The notes below the pieces were generated by a model. It searched no databases. It had not been told where the DNA came from and saw only the letters and a program-made list of their open reading frames with translations. Below, one piece after another: positions 37,101 to 48,905 of a DNA stretch of 64,000 bases. The position numbers and the translations under genes were made by a program. The first letter of the stretch is position 1. Every line of letters starts with the position of its first letter. The stretch lies in contig JYFJ02001535.1 in NCBI GenBank assembly GCA_000934665.2, positions 1 to 64,000 on the forward strand, in the 5' to 3' direction. Source of the stretch: Catajapyx aquilonaris (Eukaryota).

Positions 37101-40100
37101 TGCAGCTTCGTATACTTCCCCTGCAGGCTAGTCTCTCTCTCGTTCCCCTGCTGCACATATTCCTTCAGTGATGACAGCTGCTCCTGAAGAGCAGCTACCT
37201 TTCCCTCAGAATCTTCATAACTCTGTACCATGGCTTCATACATGGAAAGGGGCACAAAATCCTCGTCATTCTCTGCTATGGAAGTGTGTCGCATCCTTTT
37301 CTTTGCTCTCTGCAAAGCATCATTGAGGACACCAATTCGGTTTCTTGAAATGTCCTCATTGATCTCCTCCATCTGCTTCATCTGTGCCCTGTTTCAAAAT
37401 AGTGAGTAATTCATAAAATGCCACACCACACATGTTATAATGTGCTATCCTTCTGAGGGTCTGGCAAAAATAAAAATTTAAAAATTTAAAACTAACCTAA
37501 CCTACAAAAAACACACGATATTTTGGTGACCTATTTTTTCACAGTAAAAAGGAGGTCTTGGTTTGATTTTCCGCCATCCTTGTGAGGACTGTGTACCTCA
37601 TGAGGGCCTGAAAAAAGTCCTCGTAAGGTTTTTGGTCCTCACAAGGATAGGAAACAAGCGAAAAAAATCCTCACAAGGATAGCAATGTCTGATCACTCAC
37701 TGCAGCTGCAGCTCAACACACACACATTAAAAGCTGTGCTAATTTGCAGCCATGAAGCCATGCCTACAGTTACTAGGGAATGTTCTCCAGCATGCCCACA
37801 CATGCAATGTACATGTTTAAACATTTCAATAGTACACATTTCAATAAACATTGATTTCTTTTTACCTAATCAAAAAAACCGTGTGAGATAATTACCAAAG
37901 AAGTGTCAAAAAATCTTAAATAGGCCTACTGGCAAATGCAAAACAGGTAACATTTTTGCAAGTGCAATTTTGATGGCAATTTTTGTCTATCAAATATAGT
38001 TCGAGGCATTTATAATTATTGTGTGTGGTCCTAATTCTTTGGCGCCTTGCCATTTAAATTTCATCAATTTTCAGCTTTCACATATGGCTCCCCCAAAATA
38101 CCCCAAATTTGTTGCAGAATCCACACAAATTGCACTAAGATGCTTTAAAGAAAATTACCAGTTGGATTCCAACAATTCTCTTCCAAGGACTAGTTTCTTG
38201 CAAGTTTCATTATACTAATCCAGATGCACATGCCAGTAACTATTCGACTGAATGCATTCAGCTGATCTAATTTTTTGCAGGGAGAGAAGGCAACATCTAA
38301 TCTGCCAAGGGCAGTTTGGGTGGCCTAGGAAATAGCAATCTGTCTACTTGAAGAGTTTCAGTGCACTGTACCAGAGCAGTAAGATAATAAAAAACAGCTC
38401 AGTTGAAAGGTAATGTGCAATGGCTGCAAGAACATGAAGAAATATCCACTCACCAGTGCGTCGTTTGCATCTTGTTGAACGCTTCTGAGAATCCATCCGT
38501 AAGCTCGTTTCTAATGCGTATTTCGAGGGCATTCTTCTCGAATGCATGAATACGCTGCAATTGCTCGATGTAGGCGAGGTACTCGCCATAGAAATGAGGT
38601 GTATTGTCTTCTTCTGCAGGCACTTCATCCTCGATGATGACAGTCTCCTCTATCCCTGTCCCTCTCCCGCTTGTCCAGGGAACTGATAACCTAGGCACAG
38701 GAATGGGATCCTGGCAGAGCATGGTCAATCGTTCCGCCCTACGTTTGCGATTCAGTTGCTGCGAAAGAGCTGGAACTGTCTCCACTTCCCGGGCCTTTGC
38801 CGAGAACTTCAGAACATGGCAAGTCTCTTCATAGAGGCGAGGAGACTGGCTCATGTTAACAATCATAGTTCCACGGCCCCCCATGAAGAAGTTTTGGAAG
38901 TAACGAGTTAACTTGGAGTCACGGAAAGGAACATTGCTTGGGTTCACCTTCCCTTTGCTAGAGTTAATAAGAAAAATAAATGAAAAAGATTACAAATGTT
39001 ACTGTCATAATATTATGTATGGTGCACCATGTAGACATATATCAAGCACATTAAAGGACTTGACAATTATTCACTAAGCACAACTTTAGGCCTTAAGACG
39101 GAGAGAGCTGCCAGTAGTTACAAAATGGGGGAAGACAAGCAAGGTGCATCAGGAAGGAACTGCAAGTAGGCCATTATCATATCAAACTTGTGATATATAC
39201 ACATCAGGAGCATTGTCTTAGCATCATACCTCATGACTATCAGCCATTTCAGGAAAGAAAAACCTGGTCAGCCTCATGCAGTGACATAATTCATCAACAT
39301 GGCAAATGGCAAGGAAAAGGCAGGAATTTCTTGCACTGCTGCTATGTCAGGGGGTGGTATTGGTGTGGAGGGGGAAGGCACAGGAAGGAATCAGGCTGCG
39401 GCTGAGAGAGAGAGTGTCAGCGAGATAGAACGGCTCAGTTCATTACAAAGGCACATGCACAGAAAAGCATTGGCACCATCTCAAGAAAGGGAGGAGCTTA
39501 TCACGCTGCAAAGTCGCGTCTTTTTGTCTGTCTTCTCTGAAATGGAATTCACCTGTTGTACTTAAACCAAAAGAAACAGATTCTAAAATTCTCCCTGACG
39601 AGAACAGTGAAGGATCAAAATATGGTATCAAGCGTATCACCCAGTTGGGCTGGCGATCTATCCTCAAGCTAATCTGATGCCAACACATATGCAAATTATG
39701 AGCTATAAACCCTAAGCTTGAACATACATACCTGAGAGCCGCCACACAGCGGCCAAGTACCATCAAGGAAGTGTTGATATTTCCCGTCTCCTTAAGACGC
39801 ATGCCAACATTCTGAGTCTTCTCCGTTCTCTCAATTCCAGCCAAGTCACAAAATGACAACCTAAAAAGAAACAATTGTAAAAACATACTGTACATCCTTC
39901 AGTGCTACGTGACCCTCCCATTCACACACACATTCTGAAAACTCTCAAAGTGCCCTTTCAGACCACACATAAAATGTGCATACCATTGGAGCTGATCAGA
40001 ACAAGAGGGGATGGAAAGGTGAGAATTGCTGCGGTTCCGACATAGGTCACCTGCTTATTGCCACTATCAAGTTGCAGGTGCATTGGACATGAAACATTGG

Positions 40101-43100
40101 GTGACTAAAGGGTCTAAAATGTCGCATGAAAACGCATCAGCCCCATCATCCCCTGGAATGTTGCTGATTTGCCAGATTGCTTAGTAGTGATAGTAATTAC
40201 CCTTTGAAATGTGTTGCACAGGTGCAACATATTTCAAAGCCTGAACACTGCTTTCCTAATGTGAAAATATTCAGATAACCTATCACCAACACCATCACCA
40301 CAATTTCCTATGAAAGGGGTAGTCAATGATTAAGCAAATTGCAAAAAGTGATGCTGCCTCAATAAAGATTGTGCTTCAAGCAGAGACATGCATCACTTGT
40401 GATTTGAAATGATGAGCTGTTATTCACGTTGGAATGAAATTGAAGCTATGCATATAATTATGTTTTAGAGTAACACATTTTATGCTCTTAACCGTCACGA
40501 CTGTAGACAAGGAAAACATACAAAGAAGTATTATTTTAGTGTTTTCTGATAGTGACATGGCGGAAATTTTGGAAAAACCGTTCCAAAATAATTTTAAGCC
40601 ATCAAATTTGAAGCAGCTGTGTTGGTCCCCCGCATTTCAAAATAAAGGGACTTCACAAAATTAGCAGTTCGCAAAAAAGTAGAGAAAGAGCTACACTTGT
40701 AAGGAGAACATTGCTTGTACGAATACTGACATCATTCACACAAGTCAAAATATAAATTAAAACTTACACGCTGACGTGTGGATCACACATGTCTCCACCG
40801 CTCTTGATGAGCTTTATTGTGAAGATGCTGTGTGACCTGCTGGAGTTCAAATTCAGGGTGGTCTCTCCAAAATGGAGGTTGGTTTTCCCAAACCTGAGCA
40901 CTTTATAGGCCTCATCTGCTGAGGAGACACACACCTCAGTTAGTCCTTTGATGTACACTTTCTTCCCATAGCAATCTGCCAGCTTCAGATGGACACGCTT
41001 GGCTCCAACTTGTGTGGGATTCACCAACAGGTCAAAGATGGAGTCATTGTATATCTCCGCAAAAGAAACCCACACCGTGTAAGTTGTAGTGGCCACTATC
41101 CCTGAGAGAGTCAGAGTCCTGCCATCTCGGCGACGCTCCTCCATAAAAGTGGGCTCCAAGTAACAGGCGCTTAGCGGGATGCTACTGGCCAGGCTCTCTT
41201 GGCTAGATGTCACAGGCTTTTTAAACAAAGCCCCAGACTGCAATATAACAATCATTAAAAACAGTCAAATGAAATTGGAATGAGAAACGCAGGCCAAGGC
41301 AGAATTTGTCCTCATCAACTCCGAGTGTGTTCCAACCAATGCAGTGTGTCCAAACGCGGAAATGCTTGGACAAAAATGGCTTTCATTCCGCGAGGATTTG
41401 TCACGAAGGTCACGATATTCCTCTGATTTTCAAGATGAAAAGTAGTGAATTTCACAAGTTTCTCTTTGAATGGCACACCAAACGAATGACTCGACTTCCA
41501 TGTTATAGATTCACTTAGTTTTAAGTGCACATAACATATTGGCAACTTTTGTCAGGGTAGCATGACAAATGCTGCCTCCTTTTTGGAAAAAATGTGGCAT
41601 TATGTGGTATTGAAACGAAGTGAGTCTATAACTAGGGAGTCTAGTCTTTTGTTTAATGTGAGATTTGAAGTGACATATTGTGAAATCCGTTACTTTTCCC
41701 CTTTGAAATCAAATCAATGACATGACGTGTGATGGAGGCCTCAACAAAGCAGTGCCTGGCACTGATATTTCAATGTCACATTCAAATTGCTACACAAGGG
41801 TAAGTAGTACTTAGCCAGAGGTATGTTATGCACAACTTAAAATGCGGATGAGCCTGAATTTGGAAATCCGGTGACCTTTCTTCCGTGACCATTCGAAGCC
41901 GACTGAATAGACACAAAAAGGTGGCAGACGAACACTCGACTTGAGTACCTGCCTGGCATAAAATGCATCTCCATTGAACCTACCAAGGGGTTTTTATTAT
42001 TGTTCAGACATTAATTTCTTACATTAGGGCAGATTTGACAAGACTCTGCCAACTTGGTTTTACCATTTTTGTCCAAGTGTTCTCGCGTTTGGACACACTG
42101 TGCAATGGTACATTTAGTGCAATGGCATGAGGTCCCAAGAAGCAACAAAACTTTGGTTATGAAAATGCCAGTGCCAATAAAATGATACTGAGCCATTCAG
42201 CTGTTAGTTGCTTACTGAGCCATTAACAGGCTGGGTCATTCCACGCCAGATCACCTGATTTTAATGTTCGACCGTGCTCTCATATCTCAGATTTTTTTCA
42301 AAATTTTACCATGAGCAGCTACGTATGAGGTGACATCAAATTATTTTTTCCAAATTTTTTGGTCCAAAATTGGGCTCAGGAGAAATTTTTGAAAATGTCG
42401 ATTTTGTCGCGATTCAAGTGGTCGGAGTTTCTGCGTCAGTTTAGAAAAATCCTCATAATTTAATTATTTTTTCACCGATTGGGCTCATTTTGGTGTCAAA
42501 TTAAAGCTTTTTCTTCTCTCTTTACAAATGAAGTATAAAAGTGGTGCCAAGTGCTGCAGATAATTACCACTGAGTATGCAAAGTGAGTTTTAGTAATGTT
42601 ATACCTCAGTCGCTTCGACAAGCCACAGATCGCAAACCATAACACAAGTACGGATTTTTTTTTGTAGAATGAGATAACCATGTACTTGTTATATTTAAAA
42701 AAAGTACCAGGTGATCTGGCGTGGAATGACCCGGCTGGAATAATTACCCATCTAATATCATGCCATGGAAAAATAACACCAGAGCAGCTAACCTCATTTC
42801 TAGACTGTCCATAGTGAAACGTCATAGGCACTGCCAGAAGATCCCAGTTTAATCCACTATAACCTCAGGTAATTTCTTTTACTTACAGCTATAATGTCAT
42901 CAAATGTTTGCATGATGGCTTCATTTCTCTCCTCTTGCCTTAGCGAGTCATATTCGCCCAATTTTGCTGCCTGGCTAAAACCCTTAGGTTTCCATCTGAT
43001 TTCATCTGCCACGTTACTCTGTATCGAGTTAAAGATGACATCAACAGTTCGTGGCAAGATACCGATATCATCTGGTACACCTAAAATGACAGTCCAGTTA

Positions 43101-44679
43101 CATCACCAGTTTCAAGAGTTTGATTCACTGTGTTTACCTTGAATGGTGTAGGTCTTCCCTGCATTTGTTGTGCCATACGAGAAGACCAGGCTGTCCTTGC
43201 CCTCTAAAAAGGCCTGGACATTTGTGAGGATGCATCCCTCAAAAAAATCATTCTGATCCACAGTTTCATCAAAGATTTTGGTGAAGGTATACCTGTCAAA
43301 TGAGAACCATTAGATTATGTATACACAACCTTGTCTAAAGTGGGCTCTACACAGGCTGTCAAACTCCGACCAGATTTGACCATCGGACGTTGTGTAAATG
43401 GCATTCCGTGTCCGAGTCAGGGAGGCCAGCCCAAGTCACCTAGGCATGTCGGAGATGGGAGAGTGGGTGGGGCGGATTGACTGTGTGAATGACTGCCTGA
43501 CTCCTGGTTCTCTGATTGCCTATTGGGGTCTTCTAGTCGAAAATATTGCCCCCCACACCACCTTCACCTCCACCTGAACATAGTCAACAAACTTGTCCCC
43601 CCACACCCCTCCATAAACACGTGTCCCCCNNNNNNNCCCCAACTTTTCAAACATCGAACAGCAGACCTCTGTCTGAAGAGGGTGTCTGATGCCTCCTAGT
43701 CGGAGTCGGACCACCTGCATAGAGCTCACTTAAATTACAATAGAGGAATGAGTAATAACTTGGTGATAATTACAGGGCCTCGTACTCACCTAGAGGTATA
43801 CTGTGATGCAGGTACTTTTGATGACTCCTTGGGCTTTACTGATATGCAGGTATCACTAATCAGTTTGAAATACGATTCCTGAAACAAAAGTGCAAAAATA
43901 AGCAAAGCACCCTTGTTTAAATATTATCCCTTAACTACGTAGGTGGAGCCTGAGAGGTTCCAATCGCTATTTAAACACATGTAACTTTTTAAGTAATTTT
44001 CCCCTCCCTGTCCTTCCGTGACTTTGTCACAAAAACCTTCCGAAGCATGAAAAGAAGAAACAAAAAATTTTAGTTGCCACTCTTTGGCTGAAAAAAATTC
44101 ATAATGTGGAGCAGGTGCCATCTTGGAGCAGCTCAGGCTCCACCTACGTAGTAAAGGGTGCTGTTGTTTTCCGTATCTCCGTGGAGAGTGTCTGAATAGG
44201 GATAACGACTGCACTCCTTACTACGTAGGTGGAGCCTCGGCGGCTCCAGGTGCGACCTGTTCCTCGTTACGAATTTTTTTCTGTCGGAATATGCGGACTC
44301 AGCGCATGATTTTTTACGCTTTCGGAAGCCTAATTATCTGAGCTGCATTTTCTGTATGTGAAAAGTCCAATATAACAATTGAGCTGATAAGCAGATATTT
44401 AAATATACAGTTGGAGCCCCTCAGGCTCCACCTACGTAGTTAAGGGTTCAAGAAAAATCATCTTACATTGAAAGCGCCTTCAGCGGGCTTGATGCGGAGG
44501 TAAATCTGGAGCCTTTCCGGCAGTTCACCTTGAACACTACAATCAGAGTACTGAAGGGGTCGGCGCAGTTGACTGCTGCTTCGAACGGATGAAATGTCCA
44601 CAGAATCCACTGCATGAATATACGACGGTGGCGGGTCATCCCCCTCCCCCTCCTCCTCCTTCATTGTGGAACTCAGCAT
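28174..44679 (-). CDS. KIF20: Kinesin-6 (KIF20/MKLP2/subito-like) with long coiled-coil tail, ~1659 aa
   Basis: Exons 44467-44679, 43790-43878, 43138-43292, 42887-43080, 40768-41237, 39732-39860, 38454-38957, 36968-37388, 36312-36542, 34362-35822, 34097-34144, 33974-34040, 33762-33898, 33644-33682, 29448-29493, 29279-29360, 28721-29188, 28303-28468, 28174-28233 sum to 4980 nt with compatible phases. Motifs: P-loop YGTTNAGKT, kinesin-6 loop-6 insert, SFAEIYND, NSSRSH, DLAGIER, VPFRDSKLT. Confidence 0.85.
29611..30951. mobile_element. Non-autonomous TIR element with ~260-bp inverted arms (Tc1/mariner-like)
   Basis: TA|CAGGCTCAACAAAATTCTTTCAA ... TTGAAAGAATTTTGCTGAACCTG|CA. The left arm (29611-29737 plus 29997-30128) matches the reverse complement of 30673-30951. 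Confidence 0.85.
29738..29994. mobile_element. TA-target MITE nested in the left arm of the previous element
   Basis: TA|TCGTCGGCCGGCGATCAAAACCTCGTAACTCC ... GGAGTTACGAGGTTTTGATCACCGGCCGACGA|TA. The right arm of the host shows the empty site. Confidence 0.9.
31848..33039 (+). mobile_element. HINE/DINE-1-like Helentron-associated element
   Basis: 5' subTIR TAGACTTTTTTCA with a short IR (AGACTTT...AAAGTCT), a (GTCT)n microsatellite, 3' subTIR TGAAAAAGTCTA (32992-33003) and stem-loop AATCAC-GCTCAT-GTGATT (33008-33025). Inserted in a T-run with no clear TSD. Confidence 0.78.
33129..33238. mobile_element. 110-bp hAT-like MITE made of two hairpins
   Basis: Perfect 8-bp TSD CTAACAAG on both sides; TIR CAGGGATGGAAAAAGAACCGCTTC. 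Confidence 0.85.
37444..37683. mobile_element. Small TIR element with internal CCTAA repeats
   Basis: AATGT|GCTATCCTTCTGAGG ... CCTCACAAGGATAGC|AATGT, with internal copies of the TIR motif and CTAACCTAACCTA. Confidence 0.7.
41342..42100. mobile_element. Non-autonomous TIR element (hAT-like CAG ends)
   Basis: CAGTGTGTCCAAACGCG...CTTGGACAAAAATGG and CCATTTTTGTCCAAG...CGCGTTTGGACACACTG form ~38-bp TIRs; the TSD is unclear. Confidence 0.7.
42233..42732. mobile_element. MITE with 4-bp TSD (Sola-like)
   Basis: GGCT|GGGTCATTCCACGCCAGATCACCTG ... CAGGTGATCTGGCGTGGAATGACCC|GGCT: perfect 25-bp TIR and 4-bp TSD. The superfamily is an inference. Confidence 0.85.
43928..44446. mobile_element. piggyBac-like MITE, copy 1
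   Basis: CCCTTAACTACGTAGGTGGAGCCTGAG TIRs, two internal copies of the TIR motif, and decayed TTAA flanks (TTAT/TTCA). Confidence 0.85.
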
Positions 44680-45200
44680 CCTGGCCGTCTGAAAATATTT
44701 CGCATGGTCAGTAATGTTACAAGCTCCTCTTCCGACAGGCCAGGGTGAATATGCGCGGATGAAGTAGTAAACCAGAACAATTTTTATGGAAAATCTATCC
44801 CCCCCCCCCCCCCCCCNCTTTTCGTATGAAAACATACCGGAGGTGGTCCAGTGGGCAGTGGTGATGATGTCCCAGCTTCCAGATGACGGAGGGTGGCGCC
44901 TGGTCGGAGAACAAAAGATGGGCTGACTCGGCAGGCCTGAAGCTGAAGAATGACCGACTACGAGGCAGGCAGGCGACTGACGAAGTGACGAGGGGAAGAA
45001 AGGAACCGTTGCCTTTTAAAATCTCAACGGTCAAAAGGGCAGGCTTGCCAGGTGTGGAGTGCTCCATTACATTCACGATTTTAAATTCCACATGTTCTTA
45101 AGTGACTCTCTCAATTATTTCCCACCTTATATGGATGATATAATTATAAATTACATTAATCTTTAAAAATAGTTGTGCACAGTGCCCTGACTTCTTTCGA

Positions 45201-45250
45201 GCTCCAACATGGCGGACCTGGCGGACGGACGAGTGCTCCAACATGGCGGC
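45201..45250. promoter_or_regulatory. Tandem YY1/Pho-like sites in the KIF20-XKR divergent promoter
   Basis: GCTCCAACATGGCGG occurs twice (45201 and 45235), matching AANATGGCG, between head-to-head genes. Confidence 0.5.
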
Positions 45251-45740
45251 CAGTCAATGGCCAACTATTATTAGGCTCGAAATATTATCCTTCAAAAAAT
45301 GCGATAGTTGAGATATCGGGGTGCTAAGCGAAGGTCTTCCCGGTTCGTCACCCCTCATGGAATAACCTTGAGGGTGGAGGACGGCACGACGGCAGCCTCT
45401 GCGGTATACATGCCACTGGTGGTTTATTTAGCATTTTTGGCACATATGAATTTGAGGTGTTACAAGCATTCAAAATATTGGCTGGTAATTTGATTACGAA
45501 TATGTGACAATGCGCCGTTAATACTCGGCACATTCTGAAGGTACAGCAACGTGGATTAGAATTATTCTGGACATGTTGTGCCTGGATACTACTGATGAGT
45601 TAGTAGCAAATGAGGGATTTTGTGTGATATCTTTTGACATGTGGTAGTTTCTCTCAAAGGTAACTTTAAAAAAAAAGAAAGGCTTTATGCACATGACTGT
45701 ATGTGATCCTCCATTCAACATTATCATTAGGTGAGTGAGG

Positions 45741-47032
45741 ATGCCTGGAAGTGCTGCCAAAACGCAAGTTCCTAATGGGACGCAGCCCATCTCGGATGAG
45801 GATGAGACTGACGCCCTTCCAGACTCACTGGATGTGACTCCATATGACCTGTTTTGGACGTTTTTATCAGCTGTCACCTACATGGGTGATCTCTGTTACG
45901 ACATGTACCTGGTGCACAAGTTCTATCAGGATGGAAAGACCTGGTACTATTCCCTCACTTTGGCCTTTGCTCTTCTCCCTGCCATGGTCATGTCCGCTGT
46001 CAGCTTCTACTGGTACCTGCTGGATCGGGACAAGCCAGATCTTCCCCCTGTCAGTCGGACAAGATGGGCCTGCAGAGGCGTCTGCTTGGTGTTGTTCATG
46101 GCACCCATCGCAAGATATTATGATTCCCTGGAGTATGGCTGGATGAACATGAAGACAGAGAACCGGTTAGAAAAAAGGAAATTCTTCAGTCTGATGCTGC
46201 ATCAAGACGCAGATGCTGTGTTTCTGAGGCTCTTTGAGGCCTTCATGGAGTCTGCACCACAGTTCATATTGCATCTGTACATTTACAAGGTCAGTCAAGT
46301 TGATTTGTATACTCAAGCACTTACTTTTAATGCGGAATTCTCAAGCTTTGCATGTTTCTTCTGCAGGCGGATCTCACGTATGATGATGGTTTTTTCATTC
46401 CCGTTGGGCTTGCAATATCCCTGCTGAGCCTTGCTTGGTCTCTTACGGCATACCATCGCACCATGCGGTTTGTCCTTCCCAATAAAGGAAACCTCACCTG
46501 GGGTGCCACAGCCATGCAATTCTTCTGGTACCTGGGACTTTTGGCCTCGCGACTCATTGCACTTGCCCTCTTTGCAGTGGTGCTACCAGGATTCCTAGTG
46601 GTAGTGTGTGGTGCACATTGGTTGGTCATGACGGCCTGGATTATGTGGCAGAAGGGAGAAGCCTGCACTAACCGTTGTCTGCAGATCCTTTTTGACATTG
46701 CAATGGGGTTCGTCTACATATTTTGTTACGTAAACATGAAGGATGATGCCACACGCTGGCGGTATGTTGGATACTGCACTGTGTATTTTTTGGAGAATGC
46801 AACTCTGCTCACGTTTTGGTATGTGCAGCTATACCCGCACAGGTGGTACGACATCCTCTTGTTCATATGGGCTTTGTTAGCTTTCTTTGTGGGTGTGGCC
46901 TTCATGATCATGTACTACAGGTACTGTCATCCTAAGAACACCAATAAGAAACAGGTAGAAGAGTTTGCGATACAGCATGGTGTGAAAAGGTCACTTTCCA
47001 TGAGGGACTCCAGAGCGGAAAGTGAGATGTGA
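45741..47032 (+). CDS. XK-related protein (phospholipid scramblase family), 404 aa
   Basis: Exons 45741-46289 and 46367-47032. Multi-pass membrane protein with LRLFEAFMESAPQ, SLLSLAWSL, SRLIALALF and ENA motifs. Confidence 0.9.
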
Positions 47033-47736
47033 AGAGGGCGGTGTGAGTTAATTATCCCGGTTTTGGTTCCCAGTGTTTCTAAAGAGTTGGTAGTTCTTTT
47101 GCACGAGTTGGTTTCCTGACAGATACGAAAGGATACTTTCATGTACAGTAACAGTTCATTGTGGGTCCATGCACATGCAACGTACCTGTGACACATGCTT
47201 TCTTTTGTGCTTGTGTAAGTGACTCATTGCTCAGCTATTATGTGCATGAAGTCTTTATCAATTGTTGCATTGCAGCAAATAGTTTCTGCTAGGATCCTCA
47301 TCACAATTATTGATCCATTACAGTATTGGTGTTGTAGCTTGAATAAGTTTTGTATGAGTAATGAACAATTACAAATGTCTTCCAGTGTAGTTCATAAATA
47401 TGGCAGCAATGTCCCTTCCTTCTTCGCACGTAACTGACGGGAGGCGTCTGAAATAAAATTTTGTGCCTGTGAGCAGCAGTATATACTCAGGGAGAGTTGG
47501 GAAACGTTGACTGCTCTGGATGTTCCTTGCCTGTGAGAAAACCCTTCTGTGCTGCAACGATATGTAAGGTGTGACTTCTAGTCCACTGTGTTCAGTTGCC
47601 AAGAAGCTATAGATTTTTCAAGCTTTATTTTGCAGGAGACATTTAAGAGAAAATTCAATACAAAACACTACTCAGTAATGGACAGTGACATAATGTTTAT
47701 AAGTTTGTATCCTTGTTGAATAAATGCCTTTGAAAT

Positions 47737-48867
47737 CTAAGGAGCTTCAGTTTCTGGAGGAGTGGGAACCCCAGGGTCTTCTGGCTTCTCAGTATTTCCA
47801 GCAGCGACTGCTTCCCCTTGCTGCGGCGGATCAACTTCCATTGGGGCCTCTTGGTTAGCACCTGAAAAGTAGAGCATTAGTCTCAAGCTTACTCAAGATT
47901 AATGACCACACTGCACCTGGTATCCCTTCCTCTGGGCTGTCCTGGCTTGGCCGACGTGGTATCTCACCAGACGGAGGGGATGCCTTCCCCTCGGGAGGCC
48001 CACTTGGCTGTGGTGGAGCTTCCATGGGAGGTTGGCCTCCTTCCATGTTTGGTGGGTATGAATGAGGCGGTCTAATGTGCTGCATGTGTGGTGGTGGCGG
48101 AGGCATGTACTGTTGTGGGGCCGGAGGAGGAAGCGGCGGCAACAATGGCTGTGGTGGGTATTTGGCCTGCTGTTGTTGCGGGGGGTAGTAATGCTGCTGC
48201 TGCTGCTGTGGAGGTATCGGTTGGGGAGGGTAATGCTGTGGATATGGTTGTGGGTACTGTGGCTGTGGCTCTGGATAGGCTTGTGGTTGGGGTGGCATAG
48301 AATGGGGTGGTTCTGCAGGAGCAGGTTGAGATTCCGGCTGTGCTGGTGGAGCTGGTGCTGGTGGCGGGGGAGGAGGAGGGGGAGGTGGGGGAGGAAGTGG
48401 TGCAGGTGGCATGGCAGGCTGCTGTTCAGGTGGGGTCGGAGGTGACTCAGGTTCGGCTTCCGGTTGTGGTTCCGGCTGTGGCTCGACCTGTGGCTGGGGA
48501 GTTTCAGCAGGAATGTCTGCAGCTGGTTGTGGCTGTTGGGGGTTTGGAGAGTCTGTTGAGGAGGACGAATCTTCCTCCTTTGTAACAGCTTCAGATTGGT
48601 TCTGCATCAACAAATCAATGGCAATGATCACATATACCGCAATGTCAAAATTCAAATATAGACAGGTTTGGGACTTTATTTAAACTTGGGCTCACCTGGG
48701 TCTCAGTTGTGTCCATTGGCTGCTCCTCTTGCTGCTGTGCTTGGGATTGTGGCTGCCCTTCCTCCTCACCCTTGCTTGCTGGAGGTGACTTTTCCTCCCC
48801 TTCCCCACCCCCTGGCTGTTGCTGCTCTTGCTGCTGCTGTTGCTGCTGTTGTTGCTGCTGATGTTGC

Positions 48868-48905
<38 letters not shown>

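Noticed and set aside
39190..39565. Coding-looking stretch in a KIF20 intron
   Set aside because: Stops in all minus-strand frames and the flanking exons join in phase without it.
43344..43726. Degenerate inverted ends CAGGCTGTCAAACTCCGAC / GTCGGAGTCGGACCACCTG
   Set aside because: Probably an old TIR element, but it is too decayed and contains Ns, so it could not be delimited.
5957..44817. N bases in poly-C/G runs (5967, 31146, 43630-43636, 44817)
   Set aside because: Sequencing or assembly uncertainty at homopolymers, not biology.
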